DNA of 64,000 nucleotides from Alphaproteobacteria bacterium. GTDB lineage: Bacteria; Pseudomonadota; Alphaproteobacteria; JACZXZ01. This document shows, one piece after another, positions 17,965 through 27,558 of the stretch. Under the pieces are notes generated by a model. That model was given only the letters and a program-made list of their open reading frames with translations, was not told the DNA's origin and ran no database searches. The stretch is taken from positions 173,726-237,725 of the forward strand of contig DATGLG010000067.1 in NCBI GenBank assembly GCA_035294245.1, read 5' to 3'. How positions within the stretch are numbered: the first letter of the stretch is position 1; every line of letters begins with the position of its first letter. A program made the position numbers and the translations under genes.

Positions 17965-18830
17965 GATCTCTCTCCGAGCAGCCCCTGGGGCCGCAGCACA
18001 AGGACGAGAACCAGGAGGGCGAAGGAGACCATGCTCTTCATCGAAGGATCGATGAGGAGCCCGGCGAGGGCCTCGGAAAGCCCGATCAGAACGCCGCCGA
18101 GCAAGGCTCCCGTCATGCTGCCGAGACCGCCGAGTATGACGATGACGAAGGCGAGCAGCGTGAGCGAGGGCGCGAGATCCGGCGTCGCGTCGGCGACGAG
18201 GATCATGAGCGACCCGGCCGTGCCCGCGCAGGCCGCACCGATGCCGAAGGTGAGGGCATAGAGGCGCTTATAGTTCAGCCCCACGACGCCGGCGCCGACG
18301 AGGTTGTCCGCGCAGGCGCGGATCGCGGTGCCGGTGCGGGTGTGACGGAAGAAGACGAAGACGGCGGCCGTCGCCGCGATCGCCGCCAGGGCTGCGTAGA
18401 CGCGCACCTTGTCGATCAGGAGCGGACCGATCTCGAAGCTGTCATAGCCATAGGGCACGTCGACATGACGGGCGTCCGGGCCGAAGATCATCAAAAGCCC
18501 ATTCGCGATGATGAGGGCGACACCGACGAGGAGGATGAACTGCTCGTGCTCGGGGCGCGACACGAAGGGATTGATTAGGGCCGCTTGCAAGGCGTAGCCG
18601 ATCACGAAGAGGCCGAGCGCCAGCGGCACCAAGGCGATGAAGGGGTCGAGATGGAGCGCCTGGAACAGCACGAAGGCGCCGTACATCGCGACCACGGTCA
18701 TCTCGCCATGGGCGAAATTGACGACGCGCACCACGCCGAAGATCACCGACAGGCCCAGCGCCATGAGGCCGTACACGAGGCCCGTCAGCAGCCCGCTGAT
18801 CACGACATTGGCGACGAGGGAGGCCGGCAT
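17961..18830 (-). CDS. livH: Branched-chain amino acid ABC transporter permease (LivH-like)
   Basis: 289-aa permease; 4-bp overlap with livM. Confidence 0.85.
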   Translation of the reverse strand: MPASLVANVVISGLLTGLVYGLMALGLSVIFGVVRVVNFAHGEMTVVAMYGAFVLFQALHLDPFIALVPLALGLFVIGYALQAALINPFVSRPEHEQFILLVGVALIIANGLLMIFGPDARHVDVPYGYDSFEIGPLLIDKVRVYAALAAIAATAAVFVFFRHTRTGTAIRACADNLVGAGVVGLNYKRLYALTFGIGAACAGTAGSLMILVADATPDLAPSLTLLAFVIVILGGLGSMTGALLGGVLIGLSEALAGLLIDPSMKSMVSFALLVLVLVLRPQGLLGERS

Positions 18831-18898
18831 GGGTCAGCCGGCGCGCAGCCGAGGGCGGCGCCTGGCGAAGGGGGGCGGGAGCCGTCGCCCGCCGTCGC

Positions 18899-20149
18899 TC
18901 ACGCGCGCTTCTGCCAGCCCGGCATGGGGAAGACGGGCGGCTTCACGGCGACATCCGCGGGGAGGACCACCGTCGGGACCCCGGCGAGATTCTCGAGGCA
19001 GGCCGAGGCGACGTTCTGGTTCTGGCCCTTGGCGTCGAAGGCGATCGGCCCGCCGATCATCAGATGCTCGGCAATGTGGGTCTTGCGGAGGGCATCGAGC
19101 AGCGCCGCCTTGTCGGCCGAGCCGGCACGCTTATGGGCGTCGGCGGCGATCAAGAGCGCCTCGAAAGTGAAGCCGACATTGAGAGCGTCATAGGCCAGGT
19201 TCTGGCCCTTGCTGGCGAAGGCCTTCTTGTAGGCCGCCTCGATCGGCGCCGCGAGCTTGCTCTTGGAATTGTACCACGGGACGTTGGAGATGCAGTAATC
19301 GGCGTATTTGCCGAGGCTCTTGAAGAACTCCTCGTCATACATGCCGGGGCTGCCCGGGCTCACGATGCCCATGGGCTCGACATGCTGCTTCACCATCTCG
19401 CGCACGAGCTTGATGGCGTCAGCCGCGCGCGTGGTGACGATGACGAGATCGGGCTTGTCCGCGCGCAGCTTGGCGACCTCGACGGAGAGATCCTGGGCCT
19501 TCGGATCATAGGCAATCTCGTCGATCAGCTTGAACGGCATGTCGAGAGTCGGGAACAGCTTGTCGATGGCCGCGCGATTGGCCTGGCCAAAGGTGTCGTT
19601 CGCATGAATGAACGCGGCCGTCTTCGGCGTGTGGCCCGTCGCCTTGAACAAGTCCTTGGTCAAGGTCAGGCCGTGGGTGATGAGATTGGCGCTGGTGGGA
19701 AAGTTGCGGAAGACGGTCTTGTAGCCCTGCTCCGTGATCTGGGGTGCGGCTGCGATGTTGATGACGAAGGGCACCCCGCGCTGCTCGGCGACCTGTGCGA
19801 TCGACAGGGTGGCGCCGGACTCGAAGGCGCCGACGAGCACCTGGGCGCCGTTGTCGATGAGCTTCTCCGCCTGGGTGCGGGCGAGGTCTACATTGCTCTC
19901 GAAGTCGACCGAGCTGAGCTCGATCGGCATGCCCATATCGGCGAGGATCGCCGGCGCGATGTCGGCGCCGCGCTGGCAGGCCTGACCTGCTTGCGCGAGA
20001 TAGCCCGAGCGCGGCAGCAAGAGCCCGATCTTGAGGGCCTGCTGGGCGCGCGCCGGGCGCCACGCAGCCCCTGTCGCGGCGAGGGTAGCTCCGGCGGCGA
20101 GCCCCTTGAGCAGGCGGCGGCGGCCGATCATGCGGCGACTGGCGGTCAT
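18899..20149 (-). CDS. Branched-chain amino acid ABC transporter substrate-binding protein (LivJ/LivK-like), Tat signal
   Basis: Real start MTASRRMIGRRRLLKGLAAGATLAATGAAWRPARA (ATG rc at 20149, RBS ggaggagcc); periplasmic binding protein type I fold. Confidence 0.85.
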   Translation of the reverse strand: MTASRRMIGRRRLLKGLAAGATLAATGAAWRPARAQQALKIGLLLPRSGYLAQAGQACQRGADIAPAILADMGMPIELSSVDFESNVDLARTQAEKLIDNGAQVLVGAFESGATLSIAQVAEQRGVPFVINIAAAPQITEQGYKTVFRNFPTSANLITHGLTLTKDLFKATGHTPKTAAFIHANDTFGQANRAAIDKLFPTLDMPFKLIDEIAYDPKAQDLSVEVAKLRADKPDLVIVTTRAADAIKLVREMVKQHVEPMGIVSPGSPGMYDEEFFKSLGKYADYCISNVPWYNSKSKLAAPIEAAYKKAFASKGQNLAYDALNVGFTFEALLIAADAHKRAGSADKAALLDALRKTHIAEHLMIGGPIAFDAKGQNQNVASACLENLAGVPTVVLPADVAVKPPVFPMPGWQKRA

Positions 20150-20308
20150 GGGGCTCCTCCCGGTCGTGTTCTGGGCGCGCGCGGCGCGACGCACAGCTAT
20201 GCGAAGAAATCCGCGCGCGGTCAAGCCTTCCGCCGGGAGGGAGCAGCCCGGGCGCCGTCGCTCAGCCCGAGGAGAAGAGCGGCCGAGATGCCGGCCGCGC
20301 GGCGACGC

Positions 20309-20857
20309 TTACCAATGGCGCACGCGCCCCACATCGACGTGAACGAAATCGGAGCGCGGATAATAGCCGACGCCGCCGCGATATAGGCTCATGGCGGCGC
20401 GGCGCACGCTGCGCAGCATACGGTCGGGCACGCGGATGTCGATCGCCATGCCCTGCATATGCAGGCTGTTCGCCGCGACGCCGTCGCTGAATTCGCGCAG
20501 CATTGCATTGGTCTTCGGCGAACGATATCCCGAGATGACCTGGTATGGCGCATGGCTGCCGAGCTTGCGGCGGAGCGCGTCGAGAAGATCGAGGAGCTGC
20601 GGGTCGATCGGAAAGACATCGCCCGTGCGGAAATCGCGGAGCAGGTGGTTCACCGCGCCGAGAGCGTCGGGCACATAGCGGCCGTTCACCCAGTAATCGA
20701 CTTTCAGGCGCTCGCCGGTGTGGAGATTGTCGAATGCGACTGAACGGAAATGTCCGCGCGGAATGGCCGCCAGCGCCGGCTTGACGGCGGCGCTCGCCAG
20801 CGTCGCGGCGCCGGCGCACAGGAACAGGCGGCGCCCCCAGGTGCTCCCCTCCTTCAT
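20309..20857 (-). CDS. DUF882 (YcbK-like, peptidase M15A-like) protein with Tat signal
   Basis: 182 aa; RRLFLCAGAATLASAAV signal; conserved YcbK-family C-terminal region. Confidence 0.8.
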   Translation of the reverse strand: MKEGSTWGRRLFLCAGAATLASAAVKPALAAIPRGHFRSVAFDNLHTGERLKVDYWVNGRYVPDALGAVNHLLRDFRTGDVFPIDPQLLDLLDALRRKLGSHAPYQVISGYRSPKTNAMLREFSDGVAANSLHMQGMAIDIRVPDRMLRSVRRAAMSLYRGGVGYYPRSDFVHVDVGRVRHW

Positions 20858-21013
20858 TGGTCTGCCCCCTTCGCGAGTTGCCCATGCCGACGCTTGCCGC
20901 GCCGGCGTCGCCCCAAGCCGACTCTTCTCCGCTCGGCCGGTCTTAAGGTTACCGCTTCGGGTCTTACCAAAAAGTTGAGAGGGCTGCCAATATTTTGTGG
21001 TTAATGAATGTAA

Positions 21014-22816
21014 TCAGCCATTGCGCTTGTGGGGGCTGGGCTGCGCTGCGATGCGACCGCGGGCGGCGAGGGCGGCAATCATGCGGCCGTCGCGGCCATA
21101 GGTGTCTTGGCGGAACTCGACCGTTCCATCGGGGTCCTCGATGGCCGTCCAATAGAGGATATAGGCGGGAAGCGGATGCCTCACCGGCAGGTGCACCGTC
21201 GCCCCCGCCGCGATCCCGGCATTGAGCTCGTCGAGCGTGCGATTGGCATCGCCGCCCAGGGCGAGGGAGGCCAGCTTGAGGGCATCCTCGACGCGAATGC
21301 AGCCATGGCTGAAAGTGCGGGTCGCACGCGCGAAAAGGCGGCGTGCCGGCGTGTCGTGAAGATAGACGTCGAAGGGGTTCGGCATCTCCAGCTTGATGCT
21401 GCCGAGGGAATTTTCCGGGCCGGGCAGCTGCTGCAAGCGGTAGAGGTAATGCCGCGAGGCGGGGGAGGCCCAGTCGATCCGGGTTCCGTAGGGGTCACCC
21501 TCGGGGCCGTTCAGGATCACGATGTTCTGGGACATGAGATAGGTGGGATCGCGCCGCAGCTTCGGCAGCATCTCCTTGAGCGCGATCGAATAGGGGACGT
21601 TCCACGGCGGGTTGACGGTCACCATCCGGACCACGGCGCGCAGGATCGGGCTGGGATGCTTGGGATCGCCGACCACGACCTTCGACACGAAGATCGGGCT
21701 GCCGTTCTCGATCACCTGCAGGCTGGCATCGGTTGTGTTGACGGCGATGTAGCGCTTCTCGATGGGGCGCGGCAGCCAGCGCCACCGCTCGAGATTGGCG
21801 ACGATCTGCTTCACGCGATAGGCCGCCGGGATATTAAGCATGGCGAAGGTGCGCGGCCCGATGCGGCCGTCGGGGTCGAGGCCATTGCGCGCTTGGAAGC
21901 GCAGCAGCGCCGCCGTGAGGTCGCCGGGCCGCGCCTGGTCGGGCGTGCTCGCGAGCGTCGGGTCCTCGACGGCGAGCCGGGCGCGCAGGATGGGAAGCCT
22001 GGGATCGCCGTCGCGGTCGAGCCGAAGCTCGCCGTCGCCTTTCGGGATCTGCGGCCAGCCCCCGGCTGCGGCGATGGCGCGGTAACGGCGGAGCGCGTCC
22101 TTGAGGCGTGCGTAGTCGGGCTCGGGTGGCGGCAGCTCGGCGAGAAGCTGAGCGAGATCGTCGTGGGCGAGGGCGACCGCGAGTGCGGCCGCCGCGTCGA
22201 AATGCTGGGCCGGCAGGCTGATCTCGTCATCGACGTCCTTGGGAGATATCCGCCCGATCCGCAGATCATGGGCGTAACGCAGGAAGGCGTCGGTGAGAAG
22301 GAGGTCGAGCGCCGCCGCCGCCTTGGCCGTCCGCGGCGCCAGTTGCGAGGCCAATGCGGCGACGTGGTAATCCGCGGGATCGAGCCCGTCATCGCCGGCA
22401 TGGGCCAGCGCCTCCTCGAGGAGTGCCGCCCGCTTGGCGCCGGCCGCGTCGCCGCTCCAGGCCGGCCGAAACTGGCGCAGCTCGTAAAAATGAAGGAGAG
22501 CCTCGGTGTCGAGCGGCTCGGCGTCCAGCCGCGGCGGCGCCGCCATGGCGTCGCGGATGGCCTGGCTGACCGCAGTGGGGTCGATGGAAGGCGCCTCTGC
22601 AACCGCGGCATGGGCGTTGCGCCCCGTGGCGCCGACGAGGAGAAGAGCGGTCAGCAGGATCGCCGTCGGGGGCAGGCCTGCGCGGCGCGGCGATGCGGAT
22701 CGGGAATGGCTATTCCGGTGCAACGACCAGCTCCATGCGGCGTTCGTCAAGGTGCAGCACCCGCTCCGACGGGAACTCGGGTGGAGCGGTGAGGGCTCGA
22801 ATCGAGCCCGAGGCAT
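21014..22816 (-). CDS. L,D-transpeptidase family protein (YcbB/LdtD-like) with peptidoglycan-binding region and YkuD catalytic domain
   Basis: Catalytic motif SHGCIRV; YkuD domain. N-terminal start uncertain (signal-like LPPTAILLTALLLVGATGRNAHA lies ~50 codons after first ATG). Confidence 0.75.
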   Translation of the reverse strand: MPRARFEPSPLHPSSRRSGCCTLTNAAWSWSLHRNSHSRSASPRRAGLPPTAILLTALLLVGATGRNAHAAVAEAPSIDPTAVSQAIRDAMAAPPRLDAEPLDTEALLHFYELRQFRPAWSGDAAGAKRAALLEEALAHAGDDGLDPADYHVAALASQLAPRTAKAAAALDLLLTDAFLRYAHDLRIGRISPKDVDDEISLPAQHFDAAAALAVALAHDDLAQLLAELPPPEPDYARLKDALRRYRAIAAAGGWPQIPKGDGELRLDRDGDPRLPILRARLAVEDPTLASTPDQARPGDLTAALLRFQARNGLDPDGRIGPRTFAMLNIPAAYRVKQIVANLERWRWLPRPIEKRYIAVNTTDASLQVIENGSPIFVSKVVVGDPKHPSPILRAVVRMVTVNPPWNVPYSIALKEMLPKLRRDPTYLMSQNIVILNGPEGDPYGTRIDWASPASRHYLYRLQQLPGPENSLGSIKLEMPNPFDVYLHDTPARRLFARATRTFSHGCIRVEDALKLASLALGGDANRTLDELNAGIAAGATVHLPVRHPLPAYILYWTAIEDPDGTVEFRQDTYGRDGRMIAALAARGRIAAQPSPHKRNG

Positions 22817-22943
22817 GATTTTTCGATAACCCTATCTCCGCCGAAACTCTAATCTGCGATCTGTTGCGCGAATGTTAAGGCCAGCCGGGCCGGGCCGTAA
22901 GCAAAATCGGCCGCGATGGGCCGGCGCGGCGAAGGAGGGAACG

Positions 22944-23291
22944 ATGTCGGACGAAATTGCGGCTGCGGACGGCCCTTATGTCTTTCACGCCAGCCGGGCG
23001 CCGTCGCGCGAGCTGGGGCCCGGCGTGACCGGCAAGGCGGCGCGCATGCCGGACGGGCTCGTGGTGCGCTATCAGGAGCGCGCCCCCGGCCATGACGGCG
23101 ATCATTGGTGCGAGTCCGGCCATACGGCCTACATCCTCGCCGGGCGCATCCGCTACGAATTTGCGGATCAGGCCGTCGAGGCGGGACCCGGCGACATTGT
23201 GCATATTCCCGCCGGCCACGCCCACCGCCACCGCCCGCGCGTCGTCGGCAGCGAGCCGGTGCGCTATTTCATCACCGAGTTCTGGGATTGA
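22944..23291 (+). CDS. Cupin domain protein
   Basis: 115 aa; His-rich cupin motifs HIPAGHAHRH. Confidence 0.6.
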   Translation: MSDEIAAADGPYVFHASRAPSRELGPGVTGKAARMPDGLVVRYQERAPGHDGDHWCESGHTAYILAGRIRYEFADQAVEAGPGDIVHIPAGHAHRHRPRVVGSEPVRYFITEFWD

Positions 23292-23345
23292 GTGGCTCTC
23301 CACCGATGTCCCACCGAGGCTGTTCCAGCGCGAGAGGAAACCGAT

Positions 23346-24056
23346 ATGGCCGAAGTTTCGCTTCCCGATTCCGTGACCAGCCTCGTCCGCGGGCGCCGCG
23401 CGGCGCTCCATCCCTTCGACCGGATTGAGCCGCGCCGCACAGCACTCCTCGTCGTCGACATGCAGACGGCCTTCCTCAAGGAAGGCTGGCCGACGGCGCT
23501 CGCGGCCGCGCGCGACATCGTTCCCGCCATCAACCGTCTCGCGGGGGCCGTGCGGCGCAGCGGCGGCGAGGTCGTCTGGATCGTCTCGACTTACGGGCCG
23601 GACGAGGACGATCGCTGGCCCATTCTCTTCGATCACATGCTCGGCCCTGCCGCTGGCGGAAATTTCCGCGCAGTCCTCACCGCCGGGCACGAGGGCCACG
23701 CCATCTGGCCGCTGCTGGAGCGGCGGCCGGACGACCCCGTCGTCAGCAAGAACCGCTTCAGCGCCTTCTGCGGCAGCAACGGCGCGCTGGAGGCACTGCT
23801 GCGTCGGCACGGCATCGATACGGTGCTCGTCGTCGGCACGGTGACGAATATCTGCTGTGAATCGACGGCGCGGGAGGCCAGTTTCCGCGACTTCAAGACC
23901 ATCATGGTCGCCGATGCCAATGCGGGGCGCTCGTCCGCGGATAATCTTGCGACCTTCTCGTCCTTCATCCTCGCCTTCGGCGACGTGATGACGGCAGATG
24001 AGGTGATTGCCCGGTTGGAAGCCGGCGCCGCGCCCGGCAAGGCGGCGACGGGATAG
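23346..24056 (+). CDS. Isochorismatase-family cysteine hydrolase
   Basis: MAEVSLPD...; catalytic Cys region VVGTVTNICCESTAREA; LLVVDMQ motif. Confidence 0.75.
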   Translation: MAEVSLPDSVTSLVRGRRAALHPFDRIEPRRTALLVVDMQTAFLKEGWPTALAAARDIVPAINRLAGAVRRSGGEVVWIVSTYGPDEDDRWPILFDHMLGPAAGGNFRAVLTAGHEGHAIWPLLERRPDDPVVSKNRFSAFCGSNGALEALLRRHGIDTVLVVGTVTNICCESTAREASFRDFKTIMVADANAGRSSADNLATFSSFILAFGDVMTADEVIARLEAGAAPGKAATG

Positions 24057-24187
24057 CACCGGGGAAACCTATTGACTCCGGAAACCGCCTAGGCTTGGTT
24101 GTGAGGCAATATGGGGGCGGCGGCCAGGCGCGGCCGATTCTTGTCGGCCGGGCCGAACGGCTCTCGAAACATGGCTGGAGGCTCGAA

Positions 24188-25771
24188 ATGTCGGGGAAGA
24201 AATGGCTCGCGGCCCTCGCCGCGGTGCTTGTTGTTGGATTGGCTCAGGCAGCGCCGGCATCGGCCAAGACCCTCAAATGGGCGAATGACGGCGACGTCTC
24301 GTCGATGGACCCCTATTTCCTCAACGAGACGTTCCTCCTTGGCTTCCTCGGCAATGTCTACGAGCCCCTGGTCGGACGGGACAAGAAGCTCCAATTGACG
24401 CCCAAGCTCGCCGTCTCGTGGGAGCAGACCGGGCCTACGGTGTGGCGCTTCCATCTGCGGCACAACGTCAAGTTCCAGGACGGCACGCCCTTCACCGCCG
24501 ACGATGTCGTGTTCTCCTATCATCGCGTCATCGGTGAAGGCTCCGACCTCAAGAGCAAGCTCGGCACCGTCGCCGAGGTGAAGAAAATCGACGACTACAC
24601 CGTCGATTTCGTCACGAAGACGCCGGACCCGCTGCTGCCGGGCGAATTCTCCCAGTGGTACATTATGTCGAAGGCGTGGTGCGAGAAGAACGGCGCCACC
24701 AAGACGGCGAATGTCAGCAAGAACGAGGAGAATTTCGCCACCCGCCACGCCAACGGCACGGGTCCCTTCATGATTACCGACCGCGAGCCCGACGTGCGCA
24801 CGGTCGCGGTGCCCAACCCCCATTGGTGGGGCAAGCCCGAGCATAACCTCACCGAGGTCGATTTCACCGTCATCAAGTCGGACGCGACGCGGGTGGCGGC
24901 CCTCCTCTCGGGCGAGGTCGATATGGTCTACAACGTCCCGCTTCAGGATGTAGACCGCATCAATCACACGCCCCACCGCAAGGTGCTGCAAGGCCCCGAG
25001 ATGCGCACCATCTTCCTCGGCATGGACCAGTGGCGCGACGAGCTGATTGACTCGAACGTCAAAGGCAAGAATCCCTTCAAGGATGTGCGGGTGCGGCGGG
25101 CCTTCTACCAGGCGATCGACGAGAACGCGATCGTGAAGAAGGTCATGCGCGGCGCGGCGACGCCTTCCGGCTTGATGGTCGCGCCCTCGGTCAATGGCTG
25201 GGACAAGGCCCTCAATGATCGCTATCCTTACGATCCAGCCGCGTCGAAGAAGCTCCTGGCGGAGGCGGGCTATCCGAACGGCTTTACGGTCGGGATGAAC
25301 TGCCCGAATGACCGTTACGTCAATGACGAGCAGATCTGCCAGGCCGTGGTTGCCATGCTGGCCAAGGTCGGCGTCAAGGTGAACCTCCTCGCCGAGACCA
25401 AGAGCAAGTATTTCGCCAAGGTCTTGGCCCGAAACACCAGCTTCTATCTGCTCGGCTGGACGCCCGATACCTATGATTCCTGGAACCCGCTCTTCAGCCT
25501 GATCGGAACTCCCGATGCCTCCGGCCGGGGCAAGTTCAACCTCGGCAAGTACTCCAACCCCAAGGTCGACCAGCTCATCACCGAGATCCAGAGCGAGACG
25601 AATCAGAAGAAGCGGAACGCCGAGATCGCCGAGGCCTTCAAGATTCACAAGGAGGAGTTCGGCCACATCCCGCTGCATCAGCAGGCGCTGGCCTGGGGCA
25701 TCAAGGACAACGTCCACCTCGTGCAGCTTCCCGACAACGTCTTCAATTGGGATTGGGTGAAGGTGGATTGA
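24188..25771 (+). CDS. ABC transporter substrate-binding protein, family 5 (peptide/nickel/opine type), copy 1
   Basis: MSGKKWLAALAAVLVVGLAQAAPASA signal; SBP_bac_5 architecture. Confidence 0.85.
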   Translation: MSGKKWLAALAAVLVVGLAQAAPASAKTLKWANDGDVSSMDPYFLNETFLLGFLGNVYEPLVGRDKKLQLTPKLAVSWEQTGPTVWRFHLRHNVKFQDGTPFTADDVVFSYHRVIGEGSDLKSKLGTVAEVKKIDDYTVDFVTKTPDPLLPGEFSQWYIMSKAWCEKNGATKTANVSKNEENFATRHANGTGPFMITDREPDVRTVAVPNPHWWGKPEHNLTEVDFTVIKSDATRVAALLSGEVDMVYNVPLQDVDRINHTPHRKVLQGPEMRTIFLGMDQWRDELIDSNVKGKNPFKDVRVRRAFYQAIDENAIVKKVMRGAATPSGLMVAPSVNGWDKALNDRYPYDPAASKKLLAEAGYPNGFTVGMNCPNDRYVNDEQICQAVVAMLAKVGVKVNLLAETKSKYFAKVLARNTSFYLLGWTPDTYDSWNPLFSLIGTPDASGRGKFNLGKYSNPKVDQLITEIQSETNQKKRNAEIAEAFKIHKEEFGHIPLHQQALAWGIKDNVHLVQLPDNVFNWDWVKVD

Positions 25772-25910
25772 TGCCCGTACAGGCGGGCCGCGCCGCTTCC
25801 AAGCGGCGCGGCCGTGCGCACCCTGCGTCCAAGGCCCGAGCTCCTGCCTCGTCGCGGCCTTGGCACTTCAAGGCCGGCGACGGCTGTCGTAGCGAAGAGG
25901 GAGGGGCAAG

Positions 25911-27491
25911 ATGACGAGAACACAGTGGCTCGCCGCGCTTGTTGCAGTCTGCGCGATCGGGGCGGCAACGCCGGCCTCAGCCAAGACCCTCAAATGGGCG
26001 AATGACGGCGACGTCTCGTCGCTCGAGCCCTATTTCCTCAACGAGACATTCCTCCTGGGCTTCCTCGGCAACGTCTACGAGCCCCTGGTGGGACGCGGAA
26101 AGAAGCTCGAGCTGGAGCCGAAGCTGGCGGTCTCGTGGGAGCAGACCTCGCCGATGATGTGGCGCTTCCATCTGCGGCACAACGTCAAGTTCCAGGACGG
26201 CACGCCCTTCACCGCGGATGACGTGGTGTTCTCCTATCAACGGGTGACGGCGGAGGGCTCCGATCTCAAGAGCAAGCTCGGCACCGTCGCCGAGGTGAAG
26301 AAGATCGACGACTACACCGTCGATTTCGTGACGAAGACGCCAGACCCGCTGCTCCCGGGCGAGCTCTCCCAGTGGTACATCATGTCGAAGGCGTGGTGCG
26401 AGAAGAACGGCGCCACCCATGCCACCACGGCCAAGCAGAAGGAAGAGAACTACGCGACCCGCCACGCCAACGGCACGGGTCCCTTCGTGATTACCGACCG
26501 CGAGCCCGATGTGCGCACGGTCGCGGTGCCCAACCCCCATTGGTGGGGCAAGCCCGAGCATGATTTGACCGAGGTCGACTTCCGCGTCATCAAGTCGGAC
26601 GCGACGCGGGTGGCCGCCCTCCTCTCGGGCGAGGTCGACATGGTCTACACCGTGCCCATCCAGGACGTGGACCGCATCAACCACACGCCCCACCGCAAGG
26701 TCCTGCAAGGCCCGGAGATGCGCACCATCTTCCTCGGCATGCAGCAGGGGTTGAGCGAGCTCGCGGATTCCGATGTGAAGGGGAAGAATCCCTTCAAGGA
26801 TGTGCGGGTGCGGCGGGCCTTCTACCAGGCGATCGACGAGAACGCGATCGTGAAGAAGGTCATGCGCGGCGCCGCGACGCCCTCCGGCCTCATGGTGGCG
26901 CCCTCGGTGAATGGCTGGAACAAGGCGCTCAATGATCGCTATCCCTATGACCCGGCCGCGTCGAAGAAGCTCCTGGCGGAGGCGGGCTATCCGAACGGCT
27001 TCACCGTGGGGATGAACTGCCCGAATGACCGCTATGTCAATGACGAGCAGATCTGTCAGGCGGTCGCGGCGATGCTGGCCAAGGTCGGCATCAAGGTAAA
27101 CCTCCTCGCCGAGACCAAGAGCAAATATTTCGCGCGCCTCCAGGAGCACAAGGTGAGCTTCTATCTGCTCGGCTGGACGCCCGATACCTATGACTCCTGG
27201 AACCCGCTCTTCAGCCTGATCGGAACCCCGGACGCCGCCACCGGCCGCGGCCGCTTCAATTACGGCAACTACTCGAGCCCCAAGGTCGATCAGCTCATCG
27301 CGCAAATCCAGAGCGAGACCGACCAGAAGAAGCGCGATGCGGAGATCGCCGAGGCCTTCAAGATCCACAAGGAGGAGTTCGGCCACATCCCGCTGCATCA
27401 GCAAGCCTTGGCCTGGGGCATCAAGGACAACATCCATCTCGTCCAGCTCCCCGACAACGTCTTCAACTGGAACTGGGTGCAGGTCAAATAG
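25911..27491 (+). CDS. ABC transporter substrate-binding protein, family 5, copy 2 (tandem paralogue, roughly 85-90% identical to copy 1)
   Basis: MTRTQWLAALVAVCAIGAATPASA; long identical stretches with copy 1. Confidence 0.85.
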   Translation: MTRTQWLAALVAVCAIGAATPASAKTLKWANDGDVSSLEPYFLNETFLLGFLGNVYEPLVGRGKKLELEPKLAVSWEQTSPMMWRFHLRHNVKFQDGTPFTADDVVFSYQRVTAEGSDLKSKLGTVAEVKKIDDYTVDFVTKTPDPLLPGELSQWYIMSKAWCEKNGATHATTAKQKEENYATRHANGTGPFVITDREPDVRTVAVPNPHWWGKPEHDLTEVDFRVIKSDATRVAALLSGEVDMVYTVPIQDVDRINHTPHRKVLQGPEMRTIFLGMQQGLSELADSDVKGKNPFKDVRVRRAFYQAIDENAIVKKVMRGAATPSGLMVAPSVNGWNKALNDRYPYDPAASKKLLAEAGYPNGFTVGMNCPNDRYVNDEQICQAVAAMLAKVGIKVNLLAETKSKYFARLQEHKVSFYLLGWTPDTYDSWNPLFSLIGTPDAATGRGRFNYGNYSSPKVDQLIAQIQSETDQKKRDAEIAEAFKIHKEEFGHIPLHQQALAWGIKDNIHLVQLPDNVFNWNWVQVK

Positions 27492-27558
27492 TGCGCTGGT
27501 GTGACATGTCGGCTCGTGCGGCAGGGAGTAAGCGGCGCAGCAAGCGTGACGTACCGCA

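Noticed and set aside
16952-18001. N-terminal 350 codons of the 592-aa ORF 16223..18001
   Set aside because: livG clearly begins at the GTG (rc 16949..16951) with VSEARLSIAGITKRF. The extension overlaps livM in another frame.
22875-24059. 394-aa minus-strand ORF
   Set aside because: Antisense to the cupin and isochorismatase genes, which have RBSs and recognisable motifs.
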